Positions 17,759-25,507 of a stretch of 46,458 nucleotides of DNA are shown here, in pieces. The position numbers and the translations under genes are program-made. A model generated the notes under the pieces. The model saw only the letters and a list, made by a program, of their open reading frames with translations. It did no database searches and was not told the origin of the DNA. Where the stretch lies: sequence record OR896821.1, one strand, 5' to 3'. Origin of the DNA: Escherichia phage Phagiculus. Positions within the stretch are counted from its first letter, which is position 1; each line of letters starts with the position of its first letter.

Positions 17759-17992
17759 TCACTTGTATTGACTAGCCAGCTGGCAACCTGATAGTGCCGT
17801 GCAAATCTTCTCGTACTCAAGCCAAGCCAAATCTTCCTCACACGATAGAACATCTTCAAACTCTTGATTGCAAATCTGCTCTACGACCTCTGTAAGCGAT
17901 TCTGACGCGGTAAACAACTTACGGTTGAGGCAATGCATTAGTACGGTTTTAATCTCGCTAGCTTGCTCTTCTGACAGGTTAATGGTAATCAT
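17759..17992 (-). CDS. hypothetical protein (77 aa)
   Basis: downstream of conserved promoter module. Confidence 0.5.
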   Translation of the reverse strand: MITINLSEEQASEIKTVLMHCLNRKLFTASESLTEVVEQICNQEFEDVLSCEEDLAWLEYEKICTALSGCQLASQYK

Positions 17993-18021
17993 CTTTACTT
18001 CCTCTCGTTTGGTATGTGCTT

Positions 18022-18064
18022 ATTATATGTAATGCCATCCGTGGCGTCTTAGCAATTCGTGCTA
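18022..18064 (-). promoter_or_regulatory. conserved promoter module
   Basis: tagcaattcgtgcta at 18050..18064; minus-strand TATAAT at 18027..18022. Confidence 0.55.
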
Positions 18065-18078
18065 TTTCCCAATCAGGA

Positions 18079-18576
18079 TTAATTCATCTCCTTAATCATA
18101 TCCTGGTACATCCGGATAGCTTTGATAGCGCCAGATAACTCATCACCTTCCATATCAACGATATTAGGGCTTAACTTCAGGATTCGCTCCTTAAAACTCT
18201 CAATTGCCTTTATCTCAATGTGCTCGTTAGTCTTGTTACGAACCCCTTCTTTAATTGCTCCTTTAATGAGGGTGATCTTCGCACAGTACTCAACCTCATC
18301 TTTGAACTCCATGTCACCAAAAGAAAGTCTAGCTCTGTAATCGGCGTCCTTCATTGACTCCATTCTGCTGGCAGTGTTTGCAACATAGGATGCTTTTAGC
18401 TTGGTAATCTCATAACGACCGCCTCGCTTGAAGTCAACATCAGAAGAGTCGAAGTCAACCTCTCCACCAAGCAGCTGATAAATCTTCTTGACCGGTACAT
18501 GGAACTCTTTGGCCTCAGACTTGAGTGCCTCATCAACCATACCTCGCACTACATCACCCAAAGTTGTATTGCTCAT
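18079..18576 (-). CDS. hypothetical protein (165 aa)
   Basis: first gene of the early minus-strand block. Confidence 0.55.
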   Translation of the reverse strand: MSNTTLGDVVRGMVDEALKSEAKEFHVPVKKIYQLLGGEVDFDSSDVDFKRGGRYEITKLKASYVANTASRMESMKDADYRARLSFGDMEFKDEVEYCAKITLIKGAIKEGVRNKTNEHIEIKAIESFKERILKLSPNIVDMEGDELSGAIKAIRMYQDMIKEMN

Positions 18577-19014
18577 GTCTTTCCCCTCTCGTTAAGTTAC
18601 ATCCATAATATAGCGGACTTATATACGTGTCAATAGCTGTGAAAAAAAATAGACATTGCATGTTTTTACGCTTTAGCCCATGAGAGCCCCGCCACTGCTG
18701 ACTGTGAATCGCTGTGCACAATGTAGATAGAATCCCGCCGGACCCCCTATATATATCTATATCCTTTCGGAGATATGAATATACATCATTGAGAGGAAAC
18801 ATATGGGTATCACCATTATGGCTATCTACACTATTTACATAACAATATTATAATAATAATAATAACTCTAAGTTGTTTATATATATAGATATTTTATTGT
18901 AACTAGCTGTAAATTTACGCGGATTGCGTAGATAAATTCCCGCGCGCGCATTTTTGTCTATAGCTTTAACTTCGTTTACGCGTATCGCATATAGATGAAG
19001 AAATTTAGCCGCAA

Positions 19015-19170
19015 ATGTGAGATGTGCAATCACCATCATCATTTCATTCAATCAATCCATCAATCATTGCAGAAATGGCAACAATCAACAAACCTGTTGC
19101 AATCGATGAAATATTGCTGTATTTGCAATAGTTATGTGAATCATTGCAATTACTGCAACAATCCATAAAT
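19015..19170. repeat. cluster of about 7 palindromic TTGCAA(T) sites (iteron-like)
   Basis: gtgcaatc, cattgcag, gttgcaatcg, tttgcaatag, cattgcaatt, ctgcaacaatc within about 150 bp. Confidence 0.5.
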
Positions 19171-19178
19171 CTAACGAA

Positions 19179-19222
19179 TAGCACTTTTTGCTAAAGACGA
19201 AACCACCATGATTGGGTATAGT
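19179..19222 (+). promoter_or_regulatory. conserved promoter module
   Basis: tagcactttttgcta then aagacg then TATAGT at 19217..19222; leader CCATCGAAACGAA. Confidence 0.6.
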
Positions 19223-19260
19223 TACTCCATCGAAACGAACCAAACACAGGAATCTGAATC

Positions 19261-19443
19261 ATGGCTAAGAAAATCAATAAAAACTCACCAGTAACTAAAG
19301 AAAACATGGTTGCTCTTCTGGTCCAGGAAGGCTACAACCTGGCCAATACTGAAGTCCTGGTAGATACATGGTTTAAAAAGATGGTTAGCGCGCACCCTGA
19401 AGACAACATTAAAGAACTGGCTTACTACTTTAAACACCTGTAA
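19261..19443 (+). CDS. hypothetical protein (60 aa)
   Basis: first gene after promoter module. Confidence 0.55.
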   Translation: MAKKINKNSPVTKENMVALLVQEGYNLANTEVLVDTWFKKMVSAHPEDNIKELAYYFKHL

Positions 19444-19456
19444 CAAATTGGGGCTT

Positions 19457-19675
19457 ATGTCCATTAAATTAACGATAGATGAGACTAAAATGAAAACATT
19501 ATTTAAGAATAAAGATGAAATTGTTGTAGGTGACACGATTATCATGAATGGGGAAATGCATACTATGGGAAAAGAGAGTTTCGGCAGAGATGAGTTTCTT
19601 GGTCGTACGATTCGCGGTGATAGCTTTGCGCTTGGTTATCGCATGGTTGAGGTGGTGGTTGATGTTAAGTTCTAA
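19457..19675 (+). CDS. hypothetical protein (73 aa)
   Basis: ATG at 19457; ORF-track start at 19448 is TTG. Confidence 0.45.
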   Translation: MSIKLTIDETKMKTLFKNKDEIVVGDTIIMNGEMHTMGKESFGRDEFLGRTIRGDSFALGYRMVEVVVDVKF

Positions 19676-19676
19676 A

Positions 19677-19719
19677 TAGCACTTTTTGTTAAAACAGGCA
19701 TTAAGAAAACGAGTATAGT
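19677..19719 (+). promoter_or_regulatory. conserved promoter module
   Basis: tagcactttttgtta, aaacag, TATAGT at 19714..19719. Confidence 0.55.
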
Positions 19720-19747
19720 TATCACATCAACAACGAGGAGATAGAAA

Positions 19748-19981
19748 ATGAAAGCAATAATTATCAACAACGAAATTAAGTTTGACGAAGATGCACTAAG
19801 CCTGGCTGATATGGGTTATGAGATTGGTGAAGAGGTTGAGGTTGCACATTGCAATTGTGATTGCGATTGTGGTTATTATTTCATATATGCAAAGCAAGAC
19901 GTCATTATCGATGGGATTGTCGCTGTAATTAAAGGTGAAGAAGTTCAGGTTAACTCAGAAGAAATTGAGGTGATTGCATGA
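19748..19981 (+). CDS. small Cys-rich protein (HCNCDCDCGYYF)
   Basis: GAGGAG RBS; ORF. Confidence 0.5.
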   Translation: MKAIIINNEIKFDEDALSLADMGYEIGEEVEVAHCNCDCDCGYYFIYAKQDVIIDGIVAVIKGEEVQVNSEEIEVIA

Positions 19982-20184
19982 AACTCTTATGCAAGAACGT
20001 GATTAAGGACTTCAGTCATGTGTTCGTTAGAGGTTCCGTATATGAATCTGAGGGCATGAAAGATAACTCATGCTTAGTTACTGGCGACCATCCACATAAG
20101 CGTCACGGTACATGGCAAGCGGTTAAAACCACACTTGGCGTTACAGTTCTCGGCATAGCAACTTTTACCATCATTGAGGAATAA
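19978..20184 (+). CDS. hypothetical protein (68 aa)
   Basis: ATGA overlap with upstream gene. Confidence 0.45.
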   Translation: MKLLCKNVIKDFSHVFVRGSVYESEGMKDNSCLVTGDHPHKRHGTWQAVKTTLGVTVLGIATFTIIEE

Positions 20185-20188
20185 AAAC

Positions 20189-20542
20189 ATGGCTACTACT
20201 ATCACAAAAAATTGGGTGTCTTCTGATAACAAACTATTTAAAGCTCGAGTTAAAGATGGTGTTGAGCAAATTAAAGCTAATGGCAAATGGGTAAATCTCA
20301 CTGATCGGGGGCGCTATGTTAAGACCAAGACTCTGCTCTGCACCTTTGTTGACCACAAGTCACCGCTCAAGAAGAGCTTCAAGGAAGGTAAGCGTTACCA
20401 GGTATACATGAATGCCTCAATAGGATTTTATGCCGGCTATATTTACGATGAGGATGGAGATGGGTGGCAACTCACCAGAGATGATGCGGTTGGCTTTGGT
20501 GTTAGCTATGGTCTTTACAGATTTGAGGAGCAATACAAATGA
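20189..20542 (+). CDS. hypothetical protein (118 aa)
   Basis: GAGGA RBS before ATG at 20189. Confidence 0.5.
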   Translation: MATTITKNWVSSDNKLFKARVKDGVEQIKANGKWVNLTDRGRYVKTKTLLCTFVDHKSPLKKSFKEGKRYQVYMNASIGFYAGYIYDEDGDGWQLTRDDAVGFGVSYGLYRFEEQYK

Positions 20543-20766
20543 TTCATGAACTAAAGATATTACCAGTACATTTTGATCCGGTAGATACTGGCCTTAAGCT
20601 GGCAGAGCTAAGAAAAAATGACAGAAATTTTTCTGTTGGTGATAAGTTGATACTCAAAGAGTTCCACGATGGTGCTTATACCGGAAGGATTACAATAAAA
20701 GAGGTATTACATATAGCTGATGTTTCCGAATATCTTCCAGGGTATGTTTTACTCTCAATGTATTAA
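20539..20766 (+). CDS. ASCH/DUF3850-like small protein
   Basis: MIHELKILPVHFDPV...LRKNDRNFSVGD pattern typical of the DUF3850 family. Confidence 0.45.
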   Translation: MIHELKILPVHFDPVDTGLKLAELRKNDRNFSVGDKLILKEFHDGAYTGRITIKEVLHIADVSEYLPGYVLLSMY

Positions 20767-20810
20767 TAGCACTTTTTGCTAATGACATTACCCGCCTCGG
20801 CGGGTATATT
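20767..20810 (+). promoter_or_regulatory. conserved promoter module
   Basis: tagcactttttgcta, -35-like ATGACA, TATATT; hairpin CCGCCTCGGCGG in spacer. Confidence 0.55.
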
Positions 20811-20842
20811 TATATCCATCGACAACGAAATAGAGAAATAAG

Positions 20843-22426
20843 ATGTTTGATTTTAACGATGACAAATTGACTGTTGAGCAAGTAATGGCTGTTGCCGCTC
20901 AGGATGGATTGCCTCCCTTACGCGTTGCTATTAATGCTAATGGATATCGCCAGTCTCAATCATTCTGGAAATCACCTGTAGAGATTGACTCTGCAAATGA
21001 TAAGTACCCTACCATCTCTCTTGGTAACGATTTTGATGTGGTTGGTAAGTTAGCTAATAACATTGCTCGCTCTGTTCAGTTCCCCGAGGCTTCAGCTTAC
21101 ATGCACTTCCTGGGTTGCATCTCTGCGGCAATGCTAGGCCGCTTTACGGTTGAGTATCATGGAACTCAGCAACCTACGGCTTTGTACGTGGTAACTAGCC
21201 AGCCCCCATCCACTGGTAAGTCAGCAATCAACTCATTAGCGATTGCGCCAATGGTTGCAGAGGTTGAGCGAATCAACGACCAACGTAAACGTGAACGCAA
21301 GAAGATTATGGCTAAGCTGTCTGCGTTGGCTAAAGAGATGAAACAGGAGAAGTCACCATCTGAAATGGCATCTCTCTTTGAAGAGAAAGAAGACCTGGAG
21401 GAGAAGCTTGAGAAGATGTGCGATGTTGTATTCCCTGTTTCCGACACAACACCCGAAGGTCTTGCTCGCATCAACAATCGCCAGGGTAACTTTGCGGTAA
21501 TCTCGGATGAGGCGACATCAGTAAACTCATTGCTTGGCATGACTTATGGCGATAGTAGCAAGAAGACAAACAGCGAACTAGTTCTTAAGGCGTGGGACTC
21601 TGGTAACGTATCAATCGCTCGTGCCAACGCAGAAAACAATATGAGTTTTGTTGCTTTAGGTTGCATCTCTGTAATCGCGCAGGATGAGACAATTAACGCA
21701 ATAATGGATGCTGGTGCTCGTGGTATCGGTGTATCAGAGCGTTTCTTATTAGTTCGTGAAAAATCATTCCTGGGCGAACGTGTATTTGTTAACGATAACG
21801 GTGAATCAACTTACGAGCCCATCGATAATGGACTGAAAGCTGATTACTTCCGCCTGGTTCATGAAATTATGTCAGAGGTTGATGTTAAGCTGACAATCAG
21901 TAACGGTGCAGCGCTTTACCTTAACCGCGCTCGTCAGGAAATGGAACCTCACCTCGGTGATGGAGGCAAATACTCTCACTCCATGCTACGTGGCGCTCTG
22001 GGCAAGTTTGATAAGCAGGTAATTCGTATTGCGGCAGTTCTTCATACAATTCGCAATTGGGTTAATCTTAATGGTGGTAGTCCGCAGAAAGAAAGAACAA
22101 TTGACCTTGATACTATGCAGGAAGCCATTGCGATTTTCCATGAACTTAGTAAGACTTATCTTTCATCTGCAAATGCGGCTGGTCATGCTGGTGATAATGC
22201 CGAGATGAATAAGCTGATTGATATTTTGATTAAGCAAGGCAAGGCATCCAAAGGAGTGGTGGGCATTCGTGCGCTTTACGAAGCTGCTCGCAAGGTAAAA
22301 CCATTTAACTCCCAGAATGGTACCATGTTAAAGATTAAAGAACACTTAATGCCAATGCTTGATGAAAAAAACTACACTTGCACAATAGGAGAGAAAATTT
22401 ATGTCAACCCTCGCTTGCTTAGCTGA
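20843..22426 (+). CDS. P-loop NTPase, DUF3987-like replication-associated protein
   Basis: Walker A-like QPPSTGKS and Walker B-like VISDEA. Confidence 0.55.
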   Translation: MFDFNDDKLTVEQVMAVAAQDGLPPLRVAINANGYRQSQSFWKSPVEIDSANDKYPTISLGNDFDVVGKLANNIARSVQFPEASAYMHFLGCISAAMLGRFTVEYHGTQQPTALYVVTSQPPSTGKSAINSLAIAPMVAEVERINDQRKRERKKIMAKLSALAKEMKQEKSPSEMASLFEEKEDLEEKLEKMCDVVFPVSDTTPEGLARINNRQGNFAVISDEATSVNSLLGMTYGDSSKKTNSELVLKAWDSGNVSIARANAENNMSFVALGCISVIAQDETINAIMDAGARGIGVSERFLLVREKSFLGERVFVNDNGESTYEPIDNGLKADYFRLVHEIMSEVDVKLTISNGAALYLNRARQEMEPHLGDGGKYSHSMLRGALGKFDKQVIRIAAVLHTIRNWVNLNGGSPQKERTIDLDTMQEAIAIFHELSKTYLSSANAAGHAGDNAEMNKLIDILIKQGKASKGVVGIRALYEAARKVKPFNSQNGTMLKIKEHLMPMLDEKNYTCTIGEKIYVNPRLLS

Positions 22427-22883
22427 TGTTTATTATGATGGTATAGATTTAGTCTGGGCTAGAGATATGGGACCAGCAATAATAAAGGGCAGTTATTGCG
22501 GAAACATTTCAAGGGGTGGGTACAAAAGGTTTTATCATGCAGGTAAACGGCTTAGTAATCACATTGTTATATGGAATATAGTAAATGGAGAAATACCTAA
22601 AGGAATGGAAATTGACCACATAAATCATGACAGATCTGAAAATAGAATAGAAAATTTAAGGCTGGTATCAAGACAGGAAAATGCAAAAAACAAAGGAATC
22701 TATAAAAGCAATACTAGCGGTTTTTCTGGGGTTACTATAGAAAAGAACGGCAAGTTTAAAGCAAGAATATCTGTGAGTGGTAAAAGGGTAGCGCTTGGAA
22801 CTTACATTGATTTTAATGATGCTTGCAACGCGATAATGAAAGCCAGATTGAAGTACAAATTCCACGAAAATCACGGAGGTTAA
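22401..22883 (+). CDS. HNH homing endonuclease with AP2-like domain
   Basis: EIDHINHDRSENRIENLRLVSRQEN; paralogous to 35967..36440. Confidence 0.8.
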   Translation: MSTLACLADVYYDGIDLVWARDMGPAIIKGSYCGNISRGGYKRFYHAGKRLSNHIVIWNIVNGEIPKGMEIDHINHDRSENRIENLRLVSRQENAKNKGIYKSNTSGFSGVTIEKNGKFKARISVSGKRVALGTYIDFNDACNAIMKARLKYKFHENHGG

Positions 22884-22886
22884 CTT

Positions 22887-23221
22887 TGTTTGTATTAGAT
22901 GTATTTAAATTCTGCGAAAGCTATGAGAGATTTAACCGCCAGCATTTGGCAAGGTTCATTTATCAACATAGAGAGTGCGAGAGACTTGCTAAGCTTGCTG
23001 GTGTTACAACTCGATACTTTGCATCAAGCTCTTCAAGGGAGTTCCTTGCAAGGTGTATGTCTGCTGGCTACATTGATGGAGTTAACAACTGGTATTGGGT
23101 GATAAGTAAAAGTCGCAGGCCGTTCGGTTTTGAGTTCAGGAGTTTTAGAGGAAATGATGAGGATTACATCAAGGAGATTATGAGCATTAACGAAATGTCA
23201 GATGATGAGTTGTTTAAATAG
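22887..23221 (+). CDS. hypothetical protein (about 112 aa), probable TTG start
   Basis: GGAGG RBS 6 nt before TTG. Confidence 0.35.
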
Positions 23222-23222
23222 A

Positions 23223-23247
23223 TAAAGGGGCTTACGCCCCTTTTTTA
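23223..23247. terminator. bidirectional terminator between convergent genes
   Basis: AGGGGC-TTAC-GCCCCT flanked by A-run and T-run. Confidence 0.55.
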
Positions 23248-23636
23248 TTGCCTACATATTTTAGTGAGAAGTAAGTCATTAGCCCCGCAATAAGCCCAGC
23301 CAGAATCCCCCAAGCAATAGAATCAACCCCAGAACTTTCGGAGCTATTAATCTCTATTTTTTCCGCATTAATTGAGTGCGCTGAGAGACCCGTAGCGGCT
23401 GTCTTTTTTCCGGCAGATGAATCTACATCCCTGTTAGTTGAGTTGCGCATATCGCTATCTGTGGCGCTAGATTTATCCGTTTGGTTAGATACTCCAACGC
23501 CAGTCTTTTGGTTAGACTCTCCAACCTGAGCAGTTGCTTCAATTCCATCTTTAGCAGGAAGTAAATCAGATACCGCAGAGAGGGCAGAGCAACCAGTCAG
23601 GAAGATAATTGCAGTTAGCGCAAGTGACTTAAGCAT
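23232..23636 (-). CDS. unimolecular spanin (T1 gp11-like)
   Basis: N-terminal lipobox LTGC, C-terminal TM helix, directly downstream of endolysin. Confidence 0.65.
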   Translation of the reverse strand: MLKSLALTAIIFLTGCSALSAVSDLLPAKDGIEATAQVGESNQKTGVGVSNQTDKSSATDSDMRNSTNRDVDSSAGKKTAATGLSAHSINAEKIEINSSESSGVDSIAWGILAGLIAGLMTYFSLKYVGNKKGA

Positions 23637-24100
23637 AGTTCCACCTCTGCATTTCTGCGGTTAACTAACCCTTTAGAAACAACCTTTTTGCCATTTACTG
23701 TAATCTTGTTGAACATCTTCAGCGCATTACATCCGCCATAAATGTCGCCCTGATTAATCTTTCTGATAGCCGTAGATTTACGCATAGCGCTTGTTCCGAC
23801 GTTAAAAGAGAAACTGTATAGTGCAGCCCTGGTATTAACCGGAACGTTCACATTCAATGCTTTATCAACAGCTAGTTGATGAATAGCTAGATGCTTAGCA
23901 AGGAGAGCATCACATTCTTTCTGTGTGTATGTCTTGCCTTTAATTACATCAGGGCCAGTAACCCCCTGGCATACCGTCCAAACACCAGCAACATCAAGGT
24001 ACGGCTTGTACTCAACGCCTTCATGCTTATTCAGGAATGGAACGGCAATGGCTATAGCGGAACCTACGGCGCCGCCAATAACTTTATTCTTTAGGTTCAT
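23615..24100 (-). CDS. SAR endolysin (GH24 lysozyme)
   Basis: E-x8-D-x5-T catalytic pattern (HEGVEYKPYLDVAGVWT) and N-terminal Gly/Ala-rich signal-anchor-release segment. Confidence 0.8.
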   Translation of the reverse strand: MNLKNKVIGGAVGSAIAIAVPFLNKHEGVEYKPYLDVAGVWTVCQGVTGPDVIKGKTYTQKECDALLAKHLAIHQLAVDKALNVNVPVNTRAALYSFSFNVGTSAMRKSTAIRKINQGDIYGGCNALKMFNKITVNGKKVVSKGLVNRRNAEVELCLSHLR

Positions 24101-24315
24101 TATTTACTCCTGATTCGCATAGCCTCACGAATATCTCCATCTTCAAGCGCCTTATGAAGTGCCTTACTGTCACGCCAGCGCAACCATGCGCCGAAAACAC
24201 CGAAGCACACAGCTATGATTAAGCCGATAATGCCGATTATTGTGTTGTCAGATAAGCCGCCACCCATAGCTACTCCGCTACCGGACAAAGCGGCTGCGTC
24301 GTAGAAATGTTTCAA
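24100..24315 (-). CDS. holin
   Basis: 71 aa, single TM, charged C-terminus, overlaps endolysin start. Confidence 0.6.
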   Translation of the reverse strand: MKHFYDAAALSGSGVAMGGGLSDNTIIGIIGLIIAVCFGVFGAWLRWRDSKALHKALEDGDIREAMRIRSK

Positions 24316-24377
24316 CTTGCGGCCTCCATTAGTTTATTTGAACAAATTTTACCAGACAATCCATCAAAACATGAACG

Positions 24378-24404
24378 AAAAAAGGGAGCCGATTAAGGCT
24401 CCCC
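24378..24404 (-). terminator. intrinsic terminator upstream of lysis cassette
   Basis: minus strand GGGAGCC-TTAATC-GGCTCCC followed by TTTTTT. Confidence 0.5.
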
Positions 24405-24429
24405 ATAGGTAAGTTTGTGAATTTATTTG

Positions 24430-24603
24430 TTAATCTGCAACAACAAAAGTCAGATAGTGCCCTTCAAGTGGTGAGTAAATCCATCTACCATCCTCACCAA
24501 GAATCTTGTACATATCACCATCTAAATGCTCAGCATTGTAAGGAGTGTCAATTTCAAATTGCATTGTTTTGGAATCGTTACGTACGCAGAATAATTTAGT
24601 CAT
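24430..24603 (-). CDS. hypothetical small protein (57 aa), not in ORF track
   Basis: GAGAG-type leader as in neighbours; plus-strand ORF 24417..24599 is its shadow. Confidence 0.35.
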   Translation of the reverse strand: MTKLFCVRNDSKTMQFEIDTPYNAEHLDGDMYKILGEDGRWIYSPLEGHYLTFVVAD

Positions 24604-24617
24604 TTTCAATCTCTCTA

Positions 24618-24806
24618 TTAACGGTTAATGCAAACAAGTGTTTCGGATTTAATTGGGAAGCTATTACCACCCTGCGTTTTAATCATTACGAATGTAACTG
24701 TTGGGTAGTGATTTAATTCTATGCTTTTGACTTTCTGTGGCGGGCAGTTAGTGAAAATAACCTCATCACCCACCTTAACATTATCAACTCTAATTGTCTG
24801 AATCAT
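24618..24806 (-). CDS. hypothetical protein (62 aa)
   Basis: ATGA overlap with upstream gene. Confidence 0.45.
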   Translation of the reverse strand: MIQTIRVDNVKVGDEVIFTNCPPQKVKSIELNHYPTVTFVMIKTQGGNSFPIKSETLVCINR

Positions 24807-24988
24807 TTCTCACCTAATGCAGTCAGGATTGCGTAAGCGATTTCACGCGCATTCTTTCCGGTAAGGTTAATAACGTCAACCTTAATATCTTCTTCGCTTG
24901 ATCCGTATGCCTGAGCAATTTTGAAAGTTTTACCAAAACCAACTTCTTTAACTTCGATCTGCGCATCTGATTGGGTGAACTTAGCCAT
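24803..24988 (-). CDS. hypothetical protein (61 aa)
   Basis: downstream of conserved promoter module. Confidence 0.5.
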   Translation of the reverse strand: MAKFTQSDAQIEVKEVGFGKTFKIAQAYGSSEEDIKVDVINLTGKNAREIAYAILTALGEK

Positions 24989-25020
24989 TTTCTATTTCCT
25001 CTCTCGTTTTCGATTTAGTG

Positions 25021-25063
25021 ATAATATCAGGTTTTTACTTTGTGTCTTTAGCAATTCGTGCTT
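25021..25063 (-). promoter_or_regulatory. conserved promoter module
   Basis: tagcaattcgtgctt (one mismatch); minus-strand TATTAT at 25026..25021; leader ATCGAAAACGAGAGAGG. Confidence 0.5.
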
Positions 25064-25205
25064 TTTCTAATGCTTCTTGAACTTCTTCAAAACTAGCAAT
25101 CAGCAAGCAAGCCATTACATTCTCATCAAATACTCGCCAACCTTTCCCGCTATATGCCGCTATGGTGTCGTGGTCGAAATAATTAATCTCGCTAGGTTTT
25201 AACAT
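25035..25205 (-). CDS. hypothetical protein (56 aa)
   Basis: internal ATG at 25205 adjacent to upstream stop. Confidence 0.4.
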   Translation of the reverse strand: MLKPSEINYFDHDTIAAYSGKGWRVFDENVMACLLIASFEEVQEALEKARIAKDTK

Positions 25206-25206
25206 A

Positions 25207-25431
25207 TCACACCTTCTTGGATTCGTTAGTGTAGCATTCAAGAATGATTTTCTTATCTTCAATTGAAAGTGATGAGTGATTTAACCAATCAACAATCGTA
25301 TTCACATCAAATCCTTCCAGGTAGATTGATTTACCTTGTTCACACAAATCAACTGAATTTGGTTTATCTGCTGCATCTGCGTTAACACTCGCCGCTGCCA
25401 TGAGGATTGTTGCAATAATCAGCTTCTTCAT
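25207..25431 (-). CDS. small secreted/periplasmic protein (signal peptide MKKLIIATILMAAASVNA)
   Basis: N-terminal signal peptide pattern; downstream of promoter module. Confidence 0.5.
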   Translation of the reverse strand: MKKLIIATILMAAASVNADAADKPNSVDLCEQGKSIYLEGFDVNTIVDWLNHSSLSIEDKKIILECYTNESKKV

Positions 25432-25463
25432 TTCTCTAACTCCATCTCGTTGTCGATGAAATA

Positions 25464-25507
25464 AATATAGCGCCTTTCGGCGCTATAGTCTTTAGCAAAA
25501 AGTGCTA
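25464..25507 (-). promoter_or_regulatory. conserved promoter module with hairpin in spacer
   Basis: tagcaaaaagtgcta at 25493..25507; ATAGCGCC-TTTC-GGCGCTAT hairpin; TATATT. Confidence 0.5.

Larger units (their letters stand above)
18670..19260. repeat. AT-rich control region A, paralogous to 38870..39272
   Basis: shared blocks in same order: CATGAG..CCCCTATATATATC, (TAA)n, GTAACTA, TTCCCGCG palindrome, TACGCGTAT, then conserved promoter module. Confidence 0.6.

Noticed and set aside
18851-18866. (TAA)n microsatellites at 18851 and 39047 as a possible CRISPR or repeat array
   Set aside because: Simple trinucleotide runs of 4-5 units without spacers; no CRISPR repeat-spacer structure anywhere in the window.
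18554-19051. ORF-track ORFs 18554..18802 (-) and 18848..19051 (-) in the AT-rich region
   Set aside because: Lie in a paralogous non-coding control region with microsatellites and palindromes; no RBS; low-complexity translations.
24417-24599. ORF 24417..24599 (+)
   Set aside because: Antisense shadow of a better-supported minus-strand 57-aa ORF (24430..24603) that fits the surrounding operon.
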